NCBI RefSeq assembly: GCF_020745735.1
Contig: NC_083409.1
Coordinates: 19,984,341 to 20,048,340, forward strand
From: Hemiscyllium ocellatum
Taxonomy: Eukaryota
Length of the DNA: 64,000 bases
Reading direction: 5' to 3'
In this document: piece after piece, positions 37,716-49,269 of the stretch
Numbering within the stretch: position 1 is the stretch's first letter
How the letters are laid out: each line of letters opens with the position of its first letter
The notes under the pieces: generated by a model
The model's input: the letters and a program-made list of their open reading frames with translations, nothing else
The model's database searches: none
What the model was told of the DNA's origin: nothing
Program-made: the position numbers and the translations under genes

Positions 37716-39339
37716 CCTATTCCTACCCTAGTCATCCTTTTATTCTTCACATATCTATAGAAAGCTTTAGGGTTCTCCTTTATTCTACCTGCTAAAGACT
37801 GTTCATATCCTTTCTTTGCTCTTCTTAACTCTCTCTTTAACTCATTCCTAGCTAATCTGTAACTCTCCATCGCCTCATCTGAATCATCTCATCTCATTGT
37901 CGCAGAAGCCTCCTTCTTCTGCTTAACAAGAGATGAAATGTCTTTAGTAAATCACGGATCCCTTACCTTATCAGTTCCTCCCTGCCTGACAGGGACATAT
38001 CTATCAAGGACACGCAATATCTGTTCCTTAAACTAGCGCTCCATTTTGATTGTCCCCATCCCTGTATCTTGCTACCCCATTTATGTATCCTTCATCTTGC
38101 CAAATTGCATTATAATTACCCTTCCTCCATCTATAACTGTTGCCCTGTGGCATGTACCTATCCCTTTCCATCACTAAACTAAATGGAACCGAATTATGGT
38201 CACTCTCACCAAAGTGTCTTCCTACCACTAAATCAAACACCAGGCCTGGTTCATTAACAAGCACCAGACCCAGTGTGGCCTCTCTTATTGTCGGCCCTTC
38301 AACATATTGTGTCAGGAAACTCTCCTGTACATACTGGACAGAAACTGATCCATCTGATGTTTTAGAATTCCAGCATTTCCAGTCAATGTTGGGTAAGTTA
38401 AAGTCCCCCATAATGAGGACCCTGTTCCTTTCCCTCTTACCCAGAATCGTTTTGTCGATTCTCTCCTCCACATCGCTGGAACTCTGTGGATGCCTGTAAA
38501 GAACTCCCAGCAGTGTGCCTTCTCATCCTGTTTCTTACCTCAGCCCATACCACCTCAGTAGGTGAGTCCTTGTCAAAAGTTCTTTCAGCCACCGTTATAC
38601 CATCCTTGACTAACAAGGTCACACCTTCCCCTCTTTTACTTTTTTCCCTGTTCTTAGTGAAAGATCTAAACCCTGGAACCTGCAACATCTATTCCTGACT
38701 CTGCTCTATCCATGTCTCCGAAATGGCCACACCCTTGAAGTCCCAGGTACCTATCCATGCTGCAAGGCACCTACCTTATTTCAGATACTTCTAGTGTTGA
38801 AGTAGACACACTTCAAATCACTTCGCTGTCTGCCAGCACATTCCTGTGACCGTGAAATCCTGTCCATGCCCTCCCTTCTCTCATCCTCCTGTGCACTGGA
38901 ACGACACCTCAGGTTCCCATCCACCTGCTGTGGTAGTTTAAACCCACCAGAATAGTACCAGCAAATTTCCCACCCAAGATATTAGTACCCTTCTGGTTCA
39001 AGTGAAGACCAGCCTGTTTGTCGAGGTCCTACCTTCCCCAGAATGAGCCCCAATTAATCATACACCTGAAACCCTCTCTCTTGCACCATCCCTGCAACCA
39101 CACATTCCGCTGATCTCTCTCCCTATTCCTTGCCTTGCTATAACGTGGCACAGGTAACAAACCAGAGATAACAACTCTTTTTGATAGCTCTCAGCTTCCA
39201 CCCTAGCTCCCTGAAATCATGCTTTACATCCCTATCCCTCTTTCTACCTATGTCGTTGGATCACAACTTGAGTCTGGTCACCCTCTCCCTTCAGGACCCC
39301 AAAGACAAGATCCAAAACATCATGGACCCTGGCACCTGG

Positions 39340-40798
39340 AGGAGAAAGTGAGGACTGCAGATGCTGGAGATCAGAGCCGAAAATGTGTTGCTGGAAAAGC
39401 GCAGCAGGTCAGGCAGCATCCAAGGAGCAGGAGGATCGATGTTTCGGGCATGAGCCCTTCTTCAGGAATGAGGAAAGTGTGCTCAGCAGGCTAAGATAAA
39501 AGGTAGGGAGAAGGGACTTGGGGGAGGGGGTTGGAAATGCGATAGTGGAAGGAGGTTAAGGTGAGGGTGATAGGCCGGAGTGGGGGTGGAGGCGGAGAGG
39601 TCAGGAAGAAGATTGCAGGTTAGGAAGGTGGTGCTGAGTTCGAGGGTTGGGACTGAGACAAGATGGGGGAGGGGAAATGAGGAAACTGGAGAAATCTGAA
39701 TTCATCCCTTGTAGTTGGAGGTTTCCCAGGCAGAAGATGAGGTGCTCTTCCTCCAGCCATCGTGCTGCTATGGTCTGGCGATAGAGGAGTCCGAGGACCT
39801 ACAAATCCTTGGTGGAGTGGGAGGGGGAGTTGAAGTGTTGAGCCACGGGGTGGTTGGGTTGGTTGGTCTGGGTGTCCAAGAGGTGTTCTCTGAAACGTTC
39901 CGCAAATAGGCGGCCTGTCTCCCTAATATAAAGGAGGCCAAATCGGGTGCAGCGGATACAGTAAATGATGTGTGTGGAGGTGCAGGTGAATTTGTGGAGG
40001 ACATGGAAGGATCCCTTGGGACCTTGGAGGGAAGTAAGGGGGGAGGTATGGGCGCAAGTTTTGCATTTCTTGCGGTTGCAGGGGAAGGTGCCGGGAGTGG
40101 AGGTTGGGTTAGTGGGGCATGTGGACCTGACAAGGGAGTCACGGAGGGAGTGGTCTTTTCGGAACGCTAATAGGGGAGGGGAGAGAAATATATCCCTGGT
40201 AGTGGGTTCCATTCGGAGGTGGCGGAAGTGACAACAGATGATATGATGTATGTGGAGGTTGGTGGGTTGGCAGGTGAGGACCAGTGGGGTCCTGTCCTGT
40301 GTGATTGGAGGGGCGGGGCTCCAGGGCGGAGGAGTAGGAAGTGGAGGACATGCGGTGGAGAACTTCATCGATCACATCTGGGAGGAAATTGCGGTCTTTG
40401 AAGAAGGAATACCGTACAATCCAGATGGCCTCATCTTCTGCCTGGGAACCCTACAACCACAAGGGATGAACTCAGATTTCTCCAGTTTCCTCATTTCCCC
40501 TTCCCCCACCTTGTCTCAGTCTCAACCCTCGAACTCAGCACTACCTTCCTCACCTGCAATTATCTTCCTGACCTCTCCGCCCCCACACCTACTCCGGCCT
40601 ATCACCCTCACCTTAACTTCCTTCCACCTATCGCGTTTCCAAACATCCCTCTCCCAAGTCCCTCCTCCATACCTTTTCTCTTAGCCTGCTGGGCACACTT
40701 TCCTCATTCCTGAAGAAGGGCTCTTGCCCAAAATGTCGATTCTCCTGCTCCTTGGATGCTGCCTGACTTGCTGCGCTTTTCCAGCAATACATTTTCAG
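39340..40798 (-). mobile_element. Penelope-like element fragment (GIY-YIG endonuclease) with inverted terminal copies and 12-bp TSD
   Basis: FTCTSTHIIYCIRCTRFGLLYIRETGRLFAERFREH...PVAQHFN (39799-40368); about 39365-39760 is inverted at about 40420-40798; TSD CCTGGCACCTGG at 39328-39 and 40799-810. Confidence 0.9.
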
Positions 40799-41389
40799 CC
40801 TGGCACCTGGGTCCAACACACCAAACGTGAGTCTCATTCATTCCCAGCAAACCTTCTATCTGACCTTCGAGCTATTGAGTCCCCAATGACTAACGCTCTC
40901 CTCCTTTCGCTCCTTCCCTTCTGTGCAACAGGGTCAGACTCTGTGCCAGAGATCTGCACCCCACTGAATGGCCCTGGTAAGTCGCTCCCCTCCAAAGGTG
41001 TCCAAAATGATGCGAAAAGTAGTATTACCCCAAGAGGGAAGGGTGGGGTGGGGATAGTGACCGCGACACCCCCAGAGAGTGCGGAAAGTAACCCTGACAC
41101 ATTCAAAACTGTGTTATCACAAGTGAGAATTCAAACAGACACCCGCTCCACCAAACAGTGTTGAAGATGCACTGTCCTCATCAAAACACGTTTGTAAACC
41201 TCTTCATAACACGTAAGATGAGAGAAACATTGTAAAATGTATTACCATGAGTGAGGGTCCATTAAAACAAGGACCATGATGTTAAACGCTCATAGCGGTA
41301 AACAAACTGGTGTATTTACATCTTTGTCTTTTTAAACAATATTAAAATCTCTGCCAAGCATTTTCCTGCAGACAGTCTATTTAAAATAT

Positions 41390-41825
41390 CAAGAGGCTGT
41401 TGTAGTTCTGTTCGCCGAGCTGGGAATTTGTGTTGCAGACGTTTCGTCCCCTGTCTAGGTGACATCCTCAGTGCTTGGGAGCCTCCTGTGAAGCGCTTCT
41501 ATGATATTTCCTCTGGCATTTATAGTGATTTGAATCTGCCACTTCCAGTTGTCAGTTCCAGCTGACCACTGCAGTGGTCGGTATATTGGGTCCAGGTCGA
41601 TGTGCTTATTGATTGAATCTGTGGATGAGTGCCATGCCTCGAGAAATTCCCTGGCTGTTCTCTGTTTGGCTTGTCCTAAAATAGTAGTGTTATCCCAGTC
41701 GAATTCATGTTGCTTGTCATCTGCATGCGTGGCTACAAAGGATAGCTTGTCGTGTCGTTTTGTGGCTAGTTGGTGTTCATGGATGCGGATCGTTAGCTGT
41801 CTTCCTGTTTGTCCTATGTAGTAGG
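41390..41825 (-). mobile_element. Penelope-like element 3' fragment (second family) with a hammerhead motif
   Basis: Minus frame GQTGRQLTIRIHEHQLATKRHDKLSLVATHADDKQHEFDWDNTTILGQAKQRTAREFLEAWHS. Confidence 0.88.
41435..41474 (-). ncRNA. Minimal type I hammerhead ribozyme motif (Penelope-associated)
   Basis: GCA-CTGAGGA-T-GTC(ACCTAGACAGGG)GAC-GAAA-CGTC-TGC: conserved core, stem II, palindromic ACGT stem III, 3-bp stem I. Confidence 0.7.
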
Positions 41826-41849
41826 ACTAGCTATCCTGTGACACTGTAG

Positions 41850-42390
41850 AGAGAGCCTCACTCTGTACCCAACCTAGTGCTGTCCCTGTCCTGGGGGATT
41901 TTGAAGAGGACCGTGTGGAGACAGCTTAATTCTGTATCTTACCTTGTCCCTGTCCTGGGTGCCTTTCGTGGGAACAGTATGGAAAGGGCGATACTCTGTA
42001 TCTAACCCAATTCTGTCCCTGCCCAGGGGGACTGTTTGATGGGGATGCTGCTGACTTGTAATACCAAGCATAATCTTTCAAAGATACTGAAGACTGTCAG
42101 CTGTATAAAAACAATGTGAACCTCAGAAGTCCCTGCTTCAGTAAACCAGATCTCCTTCCTACTCAGCCGCCAGTTCCAATTTAAGGTTTTGTCACTGTTT
42201 AAAGGGACAGGATTCTCAGGTTATTGAGAAAATCTCTGCAAGTGTTTTCCTCAAGCTCCATTGTGGCTGTGAATTTGAGCAGCTTCCTCTGTCTGGGCTG
42301 TTAATTGCTGACTGTTTTCTGTCAATGTCAATCTGGAAAAGGGAATAAAGATGAAGAAGATACAGTCTTTGTCTCGTGTGTGCTTTGGAA
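41850..42390 (+). repeat. Dispersed repeat; inverted copy of the sequence downstream of the Ig C exon (about 53960-54400)
   Basis: GAAGACTGTCAGCTGTATAAAAACAATGTGAACCTCAGAAGTCCCTGCTTCAGTAAACCAGATCTCC...GGGAATAAAGATGAAG matches the reverse complement of 53980-54290. Confidence 0.88.
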
Positions 42391-42939
42391 ATGGCCGGAG
42401 CTGAATCCTCAGGGAAAGGGTGTGTGAAGTGTTAACCTCCACCCTCAAGGCACGGAACACAAGGGGGAGAATAGAGAGGGCAATGGGGTCCCGGGAGCAG
42501 GAGGGCAACACTACAGTTAGGGCAGAAGGGCACTTTCAGCAGCAATGCAGGGCCTGAGAAAATCTTCCTCAATAAATGGGGAAAAGAAGAAAGGTATGTT
42601 GGAGTTCAGAAAGATCGAAGAATGATGCTGAGAGTAAGCTGAACTCAGAGTGTAGATGGGAAAGATCCAAACCCAGAGTGGGGAGGGTACCTTTCACTCC
42701 ATAACCACCCATCCACCATGGTGGTGCTCTGAAGGGGCAGTACCCATCCTGAATACCTGTGTCTGATGATGTATACTGAATGGGGAAGAGCCTGTGTCCA
42801 TATGTGTGTGGGTGGGGAACAGGGAACATATCGAGTAGACCCTGTTATATCTCATCCATCCATCAAACCCACTTGGACCAGCCCTCTCCCGTGGAGAACG
42901 AACTGAAGGGGTTCACAGGGGAACTCTGTGATGGGAGGG

Positions 42940-43320
42940 TATCAAAACCCTGGAGTGTAAGGATGGGCTCCCTGGGCACTCAATGGCAGTGTATCTGAAC
43001 ATAATGGAGTGAGCTCACTCAGGGAGTGTTCAGAGCAGATTGGAACATTGCTGTCAGACTGGCAGTGGGTCATTACACAGTTGGTCATTTTGAACATGTT
43101 CTGGTCCATATCGGGGCAGGGAGGACTGATGACCAGGAAAAGTTCACCTTCACGTTTAAAGACCAATAATATTGGTGGAGCTGTCTGCCCCAAGCGTTTC
43201 CCAATAGTCCCTCCATCTTCCAGCAGAGCATGGCACAGGGCTGTGAGAGTTCAGGTCAGCTCCCCCAAACAGTTTGGACAGTGTGTCTGACTTGCTGCTG
43301 TTTGTGGGAACTGAGAAGGA
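42940..43320 (+). pseudogene. Retroviral-type reverse transcriptase remnant
   Basis: NMFWSI, then KFTFTFKDQ*YWWSCLPQAFPNSPSIFQQSMAQG, then a degenerate QCV-DLLL (YVDD region). Confidence 0.7.
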
Positions 43321-44029
43321 GGACTTGTCCCTTTGGGATGACAGAACTCTCAGGAGTTGCTCAGAGGGATCCCGATGTTGATCCTTTCCCTGGAATAGCA
43401 GGTGAAAAGCTGCTGCATTGATCGGGCTCCTTGATGCCACACCCCATCAAAGAGGCCTTGATGTCAAGGGCTGTCACTCTGCCCTCACCTCACTCGCATG
43501 GTCAGGGAGGACTCAGTCCACTGACTCACATTTATCTGAATGAATTCCACTTGTTACTGATCAGCCCATCTGACCCTCCCAGCCCGTCTATATCCTCATG
43601 TCGCCTTGTACTGCTTCGGGACACCCCCATTCGGGAAGGTCAATAAATGGAAAGCACAAAAACTTTAAATCAGATACTGAAGACAATCGCTGGTTTAATA
43701 CAAGGATGGGTATCTTTCATTTGTTAATGGGATCAACATTTCTTTATTGAGTTAAAGTGACTCAGGTTAAATACATCTGTAGTGAATGTATAATTCTACA
43801 ACAACCCCCACACAGGGTGTTGGGATTGGAGGCTGAGTTGAAATAATTGGTGATACATCAGGGAGGTGCAGAGATACCTGGAGACTTTGTCCCAGAAGGA
43901 TGTTATAAGTCTCAGGACCAGGCAGTCCAATTCCATGTGTGGGAAGGGGCAGGAGGGTATGACAATGAGGAGGGCAGGTAAGGATTTGGAGAATAGTGTA
44001 GGACAGGAAAACCCCTCACTCTTGCTGTA

Positions 44030-44810
44030 GTTGTGGGTATGCTCACCGAGCTGGGAAGTTGATTTGTAGACATTTTATCCTCTGTCTAGGTGACATCTTC
44101 AGAGCTTTGGAGCTTCCTGTGAAGCGCTGTTGTGTTGTGTCTTCTGTAATTTATTTGGTTCCATTCCTGCTGTTTCCGGTTACTGGTTCCTGATGTTCAT
44201 TGCAGTGGTCGGTATACTGGGTCTAGGTCATTGTGTTTATTGATGGAGCCCATGGATAAGTGTCATGCCTCTAGAAATTCTCTGGCTGTCCTCTGTTGAG
44301 CTGGTCCTATGATCATAGTATTGGCCCAATCGAATTTGTGGTCCTTGTCATCTGTGTGTATAGCTACTAGGGACAGCTGCTCATGGGGTTTAGTGGCTCG
44401 TTGGTGCTCATGGATGTGGATGGCTAGTTGTCTGCCTGTTTGTCCGAGGTGTTTCGTGCAAACATTGCATGGATTCTTGTAAACTACATCTGTCTTCCAC
44501 ATGGTAGTGTGCCTTTTGTTCTTGTGAGTTGTCTGAGCCTGTCTGTCAGTTTCTGGCCAGTTTATGAGTGGTTGGTGAAGTCTAGCTGTCAGTTCTGTGA
44601 TGTTTTTATATAAGGTAGCATGGCTAGTGAGTTAGGTCGTGGCATGTCCCCATCGCGTTGTTTGTCTGTTATGCATCTGTGGATGAAGTTGTGGGAATAT
44701 CTGCTCTTGGCAAAGTCTTTGTAGAAGTGTTCTTCTTTTTGCAGATTGGGAGTGCTGCAGTGTTGTGTAGCCCTTTAGAACAGGTTCCTAATGCAGCTTC
44801 TCCTGTGTGT
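44030..44810 (-). mobile_element. Penelope-like element fragment (same family as 41390-41825)
   Basis: GQTGRQLAIHIHEHQRATKPHEQLSLVAIHTDDKDHKFDWANT...TAREFLEA. Confidence 0.88.
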
Positions 44811-46392
44811 GGGGAGGGATCAGGCAGAGAGGAAGAGTCAGTGCAGCCATTGTGCAGCATCCAGTGTCGAGTTGTCCCATTTCCAATCCCACTGCAATGT
44901 CATTGTTTGCCCTCGACACCAAGCAGATGCTCCCATCACAAGAGGCTCCATGGCCCTGAGGACTGTGAGAGTGAGCCCTGTCCATTCAGCTCGATCATGA
45001 AGCTCCAGCCTTCCTGATGTGGTGGCAGCCAGGAGAACCCTGCCCATGGGAGATTCCACACACACTCCCTCCCTCCCTGCAGGGAACGATTATTCCATGG
45101 CCCTGCTTTCTCTCCAAACTGATCCAAATTCAAGTGTTGCTGAAAAAAAAAGAGACATTTTGTCAAAGCTTTTGTCTTGCACACAACAAGACAATTTGTA
45201 AGAAATAGCGCAGCAAAAGAATGGAGATCCCATTGGGTCAGGCAGCATCCATGGAGAGAAAGCAAGGCAAAATGAAATGCTTTCACAAGAAGGGTTTTGT
45301 CTCACTCAAGTACTATATTCTCAAATGACTATTTGATCCTGATTTCCTTTTTTGCTTCAGGCCTGTTGAAATTCTAAAAAGTAATTCTGTCTTTTTTTAA
45401 ATGGAGCACTCTGTTTATCATCATTCATCGTTAAGTTCCAATAACTGCATCAAAATGTTTTTCCTGATCTCTTTTCTGTACCTGGTATATGACTGGAGAA
45501 TATGTCATTTTGCCTTTCAGTTTGTCTGCACTGATAGTAAATCTACATTTACTGTGTTTATTTGTTTAAGAATTTTTGAACATCAGAATACCCTCCCTCC
45601 ACTGTCGAGATCCTGTTCTGGCCTTCGTAGAATCACTGAATTGAGGAATTCCTACAGAGTGGAAGCAGGCCACACAGCCCAGCAAGCTCATACCGACCCT
45701 TTGAAGGCCATGCCACCCAGACTCACACCTCCCCCACCCTATTCCTGTAATCCTGCATTTTCCATGGCATTTTCGATTTGCTAGCCTGCACATCTCTTGT
45801 GACCCTAGATCCCCTGTCCATGTCCCATTATGTATTGCCCCTCAAAGCAGCCCCCAACTGTGCACCATTCTAGCCATGACCTAACCATTCTTCAGGACAG
45901 CATGAGAGAGCAGCTGATTAAAGCAGATTCCATATCAACATGAACATAGAATTCAGCATGGATGTGAAAAGCATGTTTCCTTTTCAGGGAGAATATCAAA
46001 TTAAAACAAGTTCCCTCATAGAAGACCGAGATAAGCAGGGTTTTTTTTTCTTGCATAAGGTCATAGATCTTTGGAACTCTTCATCAAACATAGAAATGAA
46101 ACCTCTGAATGCTTGTAGTGAAGAAGTAGATACCCATTGCTTACCAAGAATCTATCAGAGTAAGGCAAGAATGTGGAATAATCAGGTCAGCCATGGGGAA
46201 CAGGCTCAAGAGGATGAATCTCCTTCCTCTGCCCCTAACTCATTTGACCGTGTGTCCAGTTCCACCGTTGAAAGAACAGCGCCTTGAAAGCTTGTGGTTT
46301 TCAATAAAGCAGCTGAAGTGGCTGCTGGTTTGTGTGGGCACGAATGGAAGGGGACTTTACCCATAATCCTCAGCAGCAGTGCAAGCGCTCTC

Positions 46393-46410
46393 TCGCCACT
46401 AGAGGGCAGC
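46393..46410 (+). promoter_or_regulatory. CTCF-binding motif
   Basis: TCGCCACTAGAGGGCAGC closely fits the vertebrate CTCF core consensus. Confidence 0.6.
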
Positions 46411-48609
46411 TGCTTCACTGTCCTTGATCAGTAAAAAATAAACTGGGACTCTGCTTGGAGCTAACAGGCTCAATCTGTAGAGACCCATAGAGAGACAGTG
46501 CAGCTTTAGAAGTAGGGTACTGAGGGCACCACAATGAAAATGTCCCCTGTGATAAGAAAAGTACATTGATGTGACTTTTGTTTGTCTTCACAGTGTGTTG
46601 TTTTGTCCATTCTGTGAAACACGTAGATGATGTCAGTACTGAGTGGCACAAAGTATATTTCCTCCTCTAACCCCTTTCCAAAACACCCTCTCCATCTTGC
46701 TTTACTCCTTATTGACTCTGGTACAATTGTTCCTGTTCCCTCACTCCGTCCCGGTCCCAGAGGGATTGACGGCCGGAGTTCATGACCCCGCACTGTGTGA
46801 AGGTCAGTGTGAAGTGAGGCCAGTGTGCTGGAGCTTGGGTCCTGCCTCAGGCCCAGGTGTAGGGGTCTCTTCAACAATCTGCACATTGTCCTTTTTCTCT
46901 TTCTGACCGTACTGGAGTTTTCAAGCTGCAGTAACTTGCTGGTAACAAACTGCCTTGACTCAGTGTTCCCGGCAATGGACAGATCTCTGCTGTTGATTTT
47001 TTTTCTCTCTCTTGAATCAGCTCTGTATTCAGTGCCTGTTTTCATTTTGTTAGAGTTCATATGTCAGCTAGCGCTTCCTTGCCATGGACTTGGAAAAAAA
47101 TCAATGCCTCTTGAGATTTAAATCATTTAACACTCCAATGATGTGAATGCATCAGTGTTGTTTATAGCAGGGAGCATTTAACATCATGGTTCTAGGTTTT
47201 AATGGATCCTCTCTCGTGATAATACAGTTTGCAATGTTTCTCTCCCCTTACGTGTTATTCAGATGCTTGCAAACCTGTTATGATGAGGACAGTGTGTCTT
47301 CAACAACGTGCAACAGAGTGGATGGGTGTTTGATTTCTCATCTCATTATCGTCCAGTTTCCAAAGAAAATGCTGCAGTCTTTGAAATGAGATTATCTATA
47401 ATGTGTTTGGATTTTAGTTTTGCAATACCAATTTTCATAAACAATATCCTGTTCCATTTTGTAGTTATGTTTGTCAATGAATGTTCCCTGAGAGACTGAG
47501 AGTTTATACAACACGCCATTTGCCTGTGACCCAGTTGTTGGCTGAAGCCTCTGGTTGTTCGGTGAGTCCAAGGCATTGCCTTGCTCTCTGCAGTTATACC
47601 ATCAACTTGGTTTCTCAGTGTGAGCCAGGAGACCACTGCGTGGTGACTTCCTGTTCCACTGTCGGTGTAAAGGCAAGTGTCGAGGTTCATCCCATCATGA
47701 ACATCAGAACATCCTGCTCAGCTGGAACAACATCCACTGACTCATTTCTCTGGCCACCATCGCAGTAAAACCAAATCTCTCCCTTTGTCAGCACAAAGAG
47801 AATGTGCCCATCAGATTCCCTCGTGTGTGATGGTTTAGCCCAACAGGAGCAGCACTGGTAGACCATGCTGCGTCAGCCTAGACAGAAACCTGGGCAACCT
47901 CCAAATGATAGTGTGATCTTCAATGGATCTGCTGCTACAGGAAATATGTAATTGGAATCCTTGTTAATGAATCACCTCATCAAACCTAAATACAACTGAG
48001 AAAATATAAACCAAACCAATTTCCCAAGGTCACAACACAACAAGAAAGTAGGGAACAGACAGTTACTGTCCCCTGTCTTTAGGGAGCGTTGCTTTTCCTA
48101 TCCCCTCTCTCTCTCTGGGTTAAAATTTTTACCATCCCTTCTGTGTGAGAATATTACTATTCCTGTCCCCAATCTCTTGGGGACAGGTGGGGATGTCACA
48201 TCCACCCAGTTCATTTGTTCCATTTACTCTTCTGAAATGGGGAATCCCTGCTTCACCATGTGTGTGAGCCATGTGTGGAAGTCCAGCACAGCTCACCCTT
48301 CATCTCAATCAGATCACAAGGGTCTAAGGTTGGTCAGTACTGTCTGGACCAGACAAAAGCACTGACTGACTGGAGACAATTCAGATCAAGTCCCAGTGAG
48401 ACTCCTATTGACCTTCACCCTCAAAGCCCACTGAGGATGTGGTCATTAGACCCAGTGTTGTCACAAAGTAAGTTCTCCCAGAGATTCATGATCCATTCTA
48501 GATTTTACACAAGTGTGCGATGTTGTTGGATGACAGGTGGGAAGGCTTAGAGACAAAACATAAAAGGAGAGAGAATTATGTTTCTATGATGCCGTTTTTG
48601 AGCTTGCAT

Positions 48610-49140
48610 GTTGGAAAACGTTTTACAGCCAATTCAATACTTCCGAAGTCCAGGCATTGTTGTGATGTGGGAATTGTGACAGCCTGGCCAAGGTAGATCA
48701 TATGGCAGCACTACCCAGAGACTGGAGGCTGCTACTGCAGGCAGGGGACAAACCAATTCTGCTGTGAGGGAAGAACACTGGAGCACACAAGAACATGAGA
48801 AATTGAAGCAGGAGTAGGACTGCAATGACTGTCCATCCTTTCTTAAATACAGGGACCAAAAGTGCACACAATACTTCAAATGCAGGCTCACTAACACCCT
48901 ATAAAGTTTTAACAAGACTTCTCTACTTTTAAATTCCAACCCCAGACAATAATGGTGAAAATTCCATTCACCTTCTCAATTACTCGCTGTACATGCACTA
49001 ACTTCCAGTGTTTCATGCACAATGCTACCCAGATCACTCTGTACTGCACTTTGTTGGAATCTCTCGCTATTTAAATACTAGTCGGCCTTTCGATTATTCC
49101 AAACAAAGTGCATGGTCTCACACTTTCTGATATTAAATTC
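48610..49140 (-). mobile_element. CR1 fragment
   Basis: MEFKSREVLLKLYRVLVSLHLKYCVHFWS. Confidence 0.8.
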
Positions 49141-49269
49141 AAACTGTGTATGAGTGTTTCATTTCCAGTTTGGTGTTCTCTTTGTGATTGACTGACTCAA
49201 TGTATCTGTCTGTAGTGTGTTCCATTCCCATTTGTTGATGGCCCTGACACTTCATTGTCCAGCCCTTTC

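Larger units (their letters stand above)
35781..41010 (-). mobile_element. Second long CR1 LINE of the same family as 14648-19065, interrupted by Penelope-type insertions
   Basis: RT (36309-37456), APE (38028-38688) and ORF1 esterase RRRALVIGDSIARRSDRRFAGNE (about 40834-40920); collinear with the first copy. Confidence 0.93.

Noticed and set aside
46506-47060. 184-aa minus-strand ORF
   Set aside because: Starts only at a non-ATG codon, has no recognisable domain, and shows no integrase motifs despite its position.
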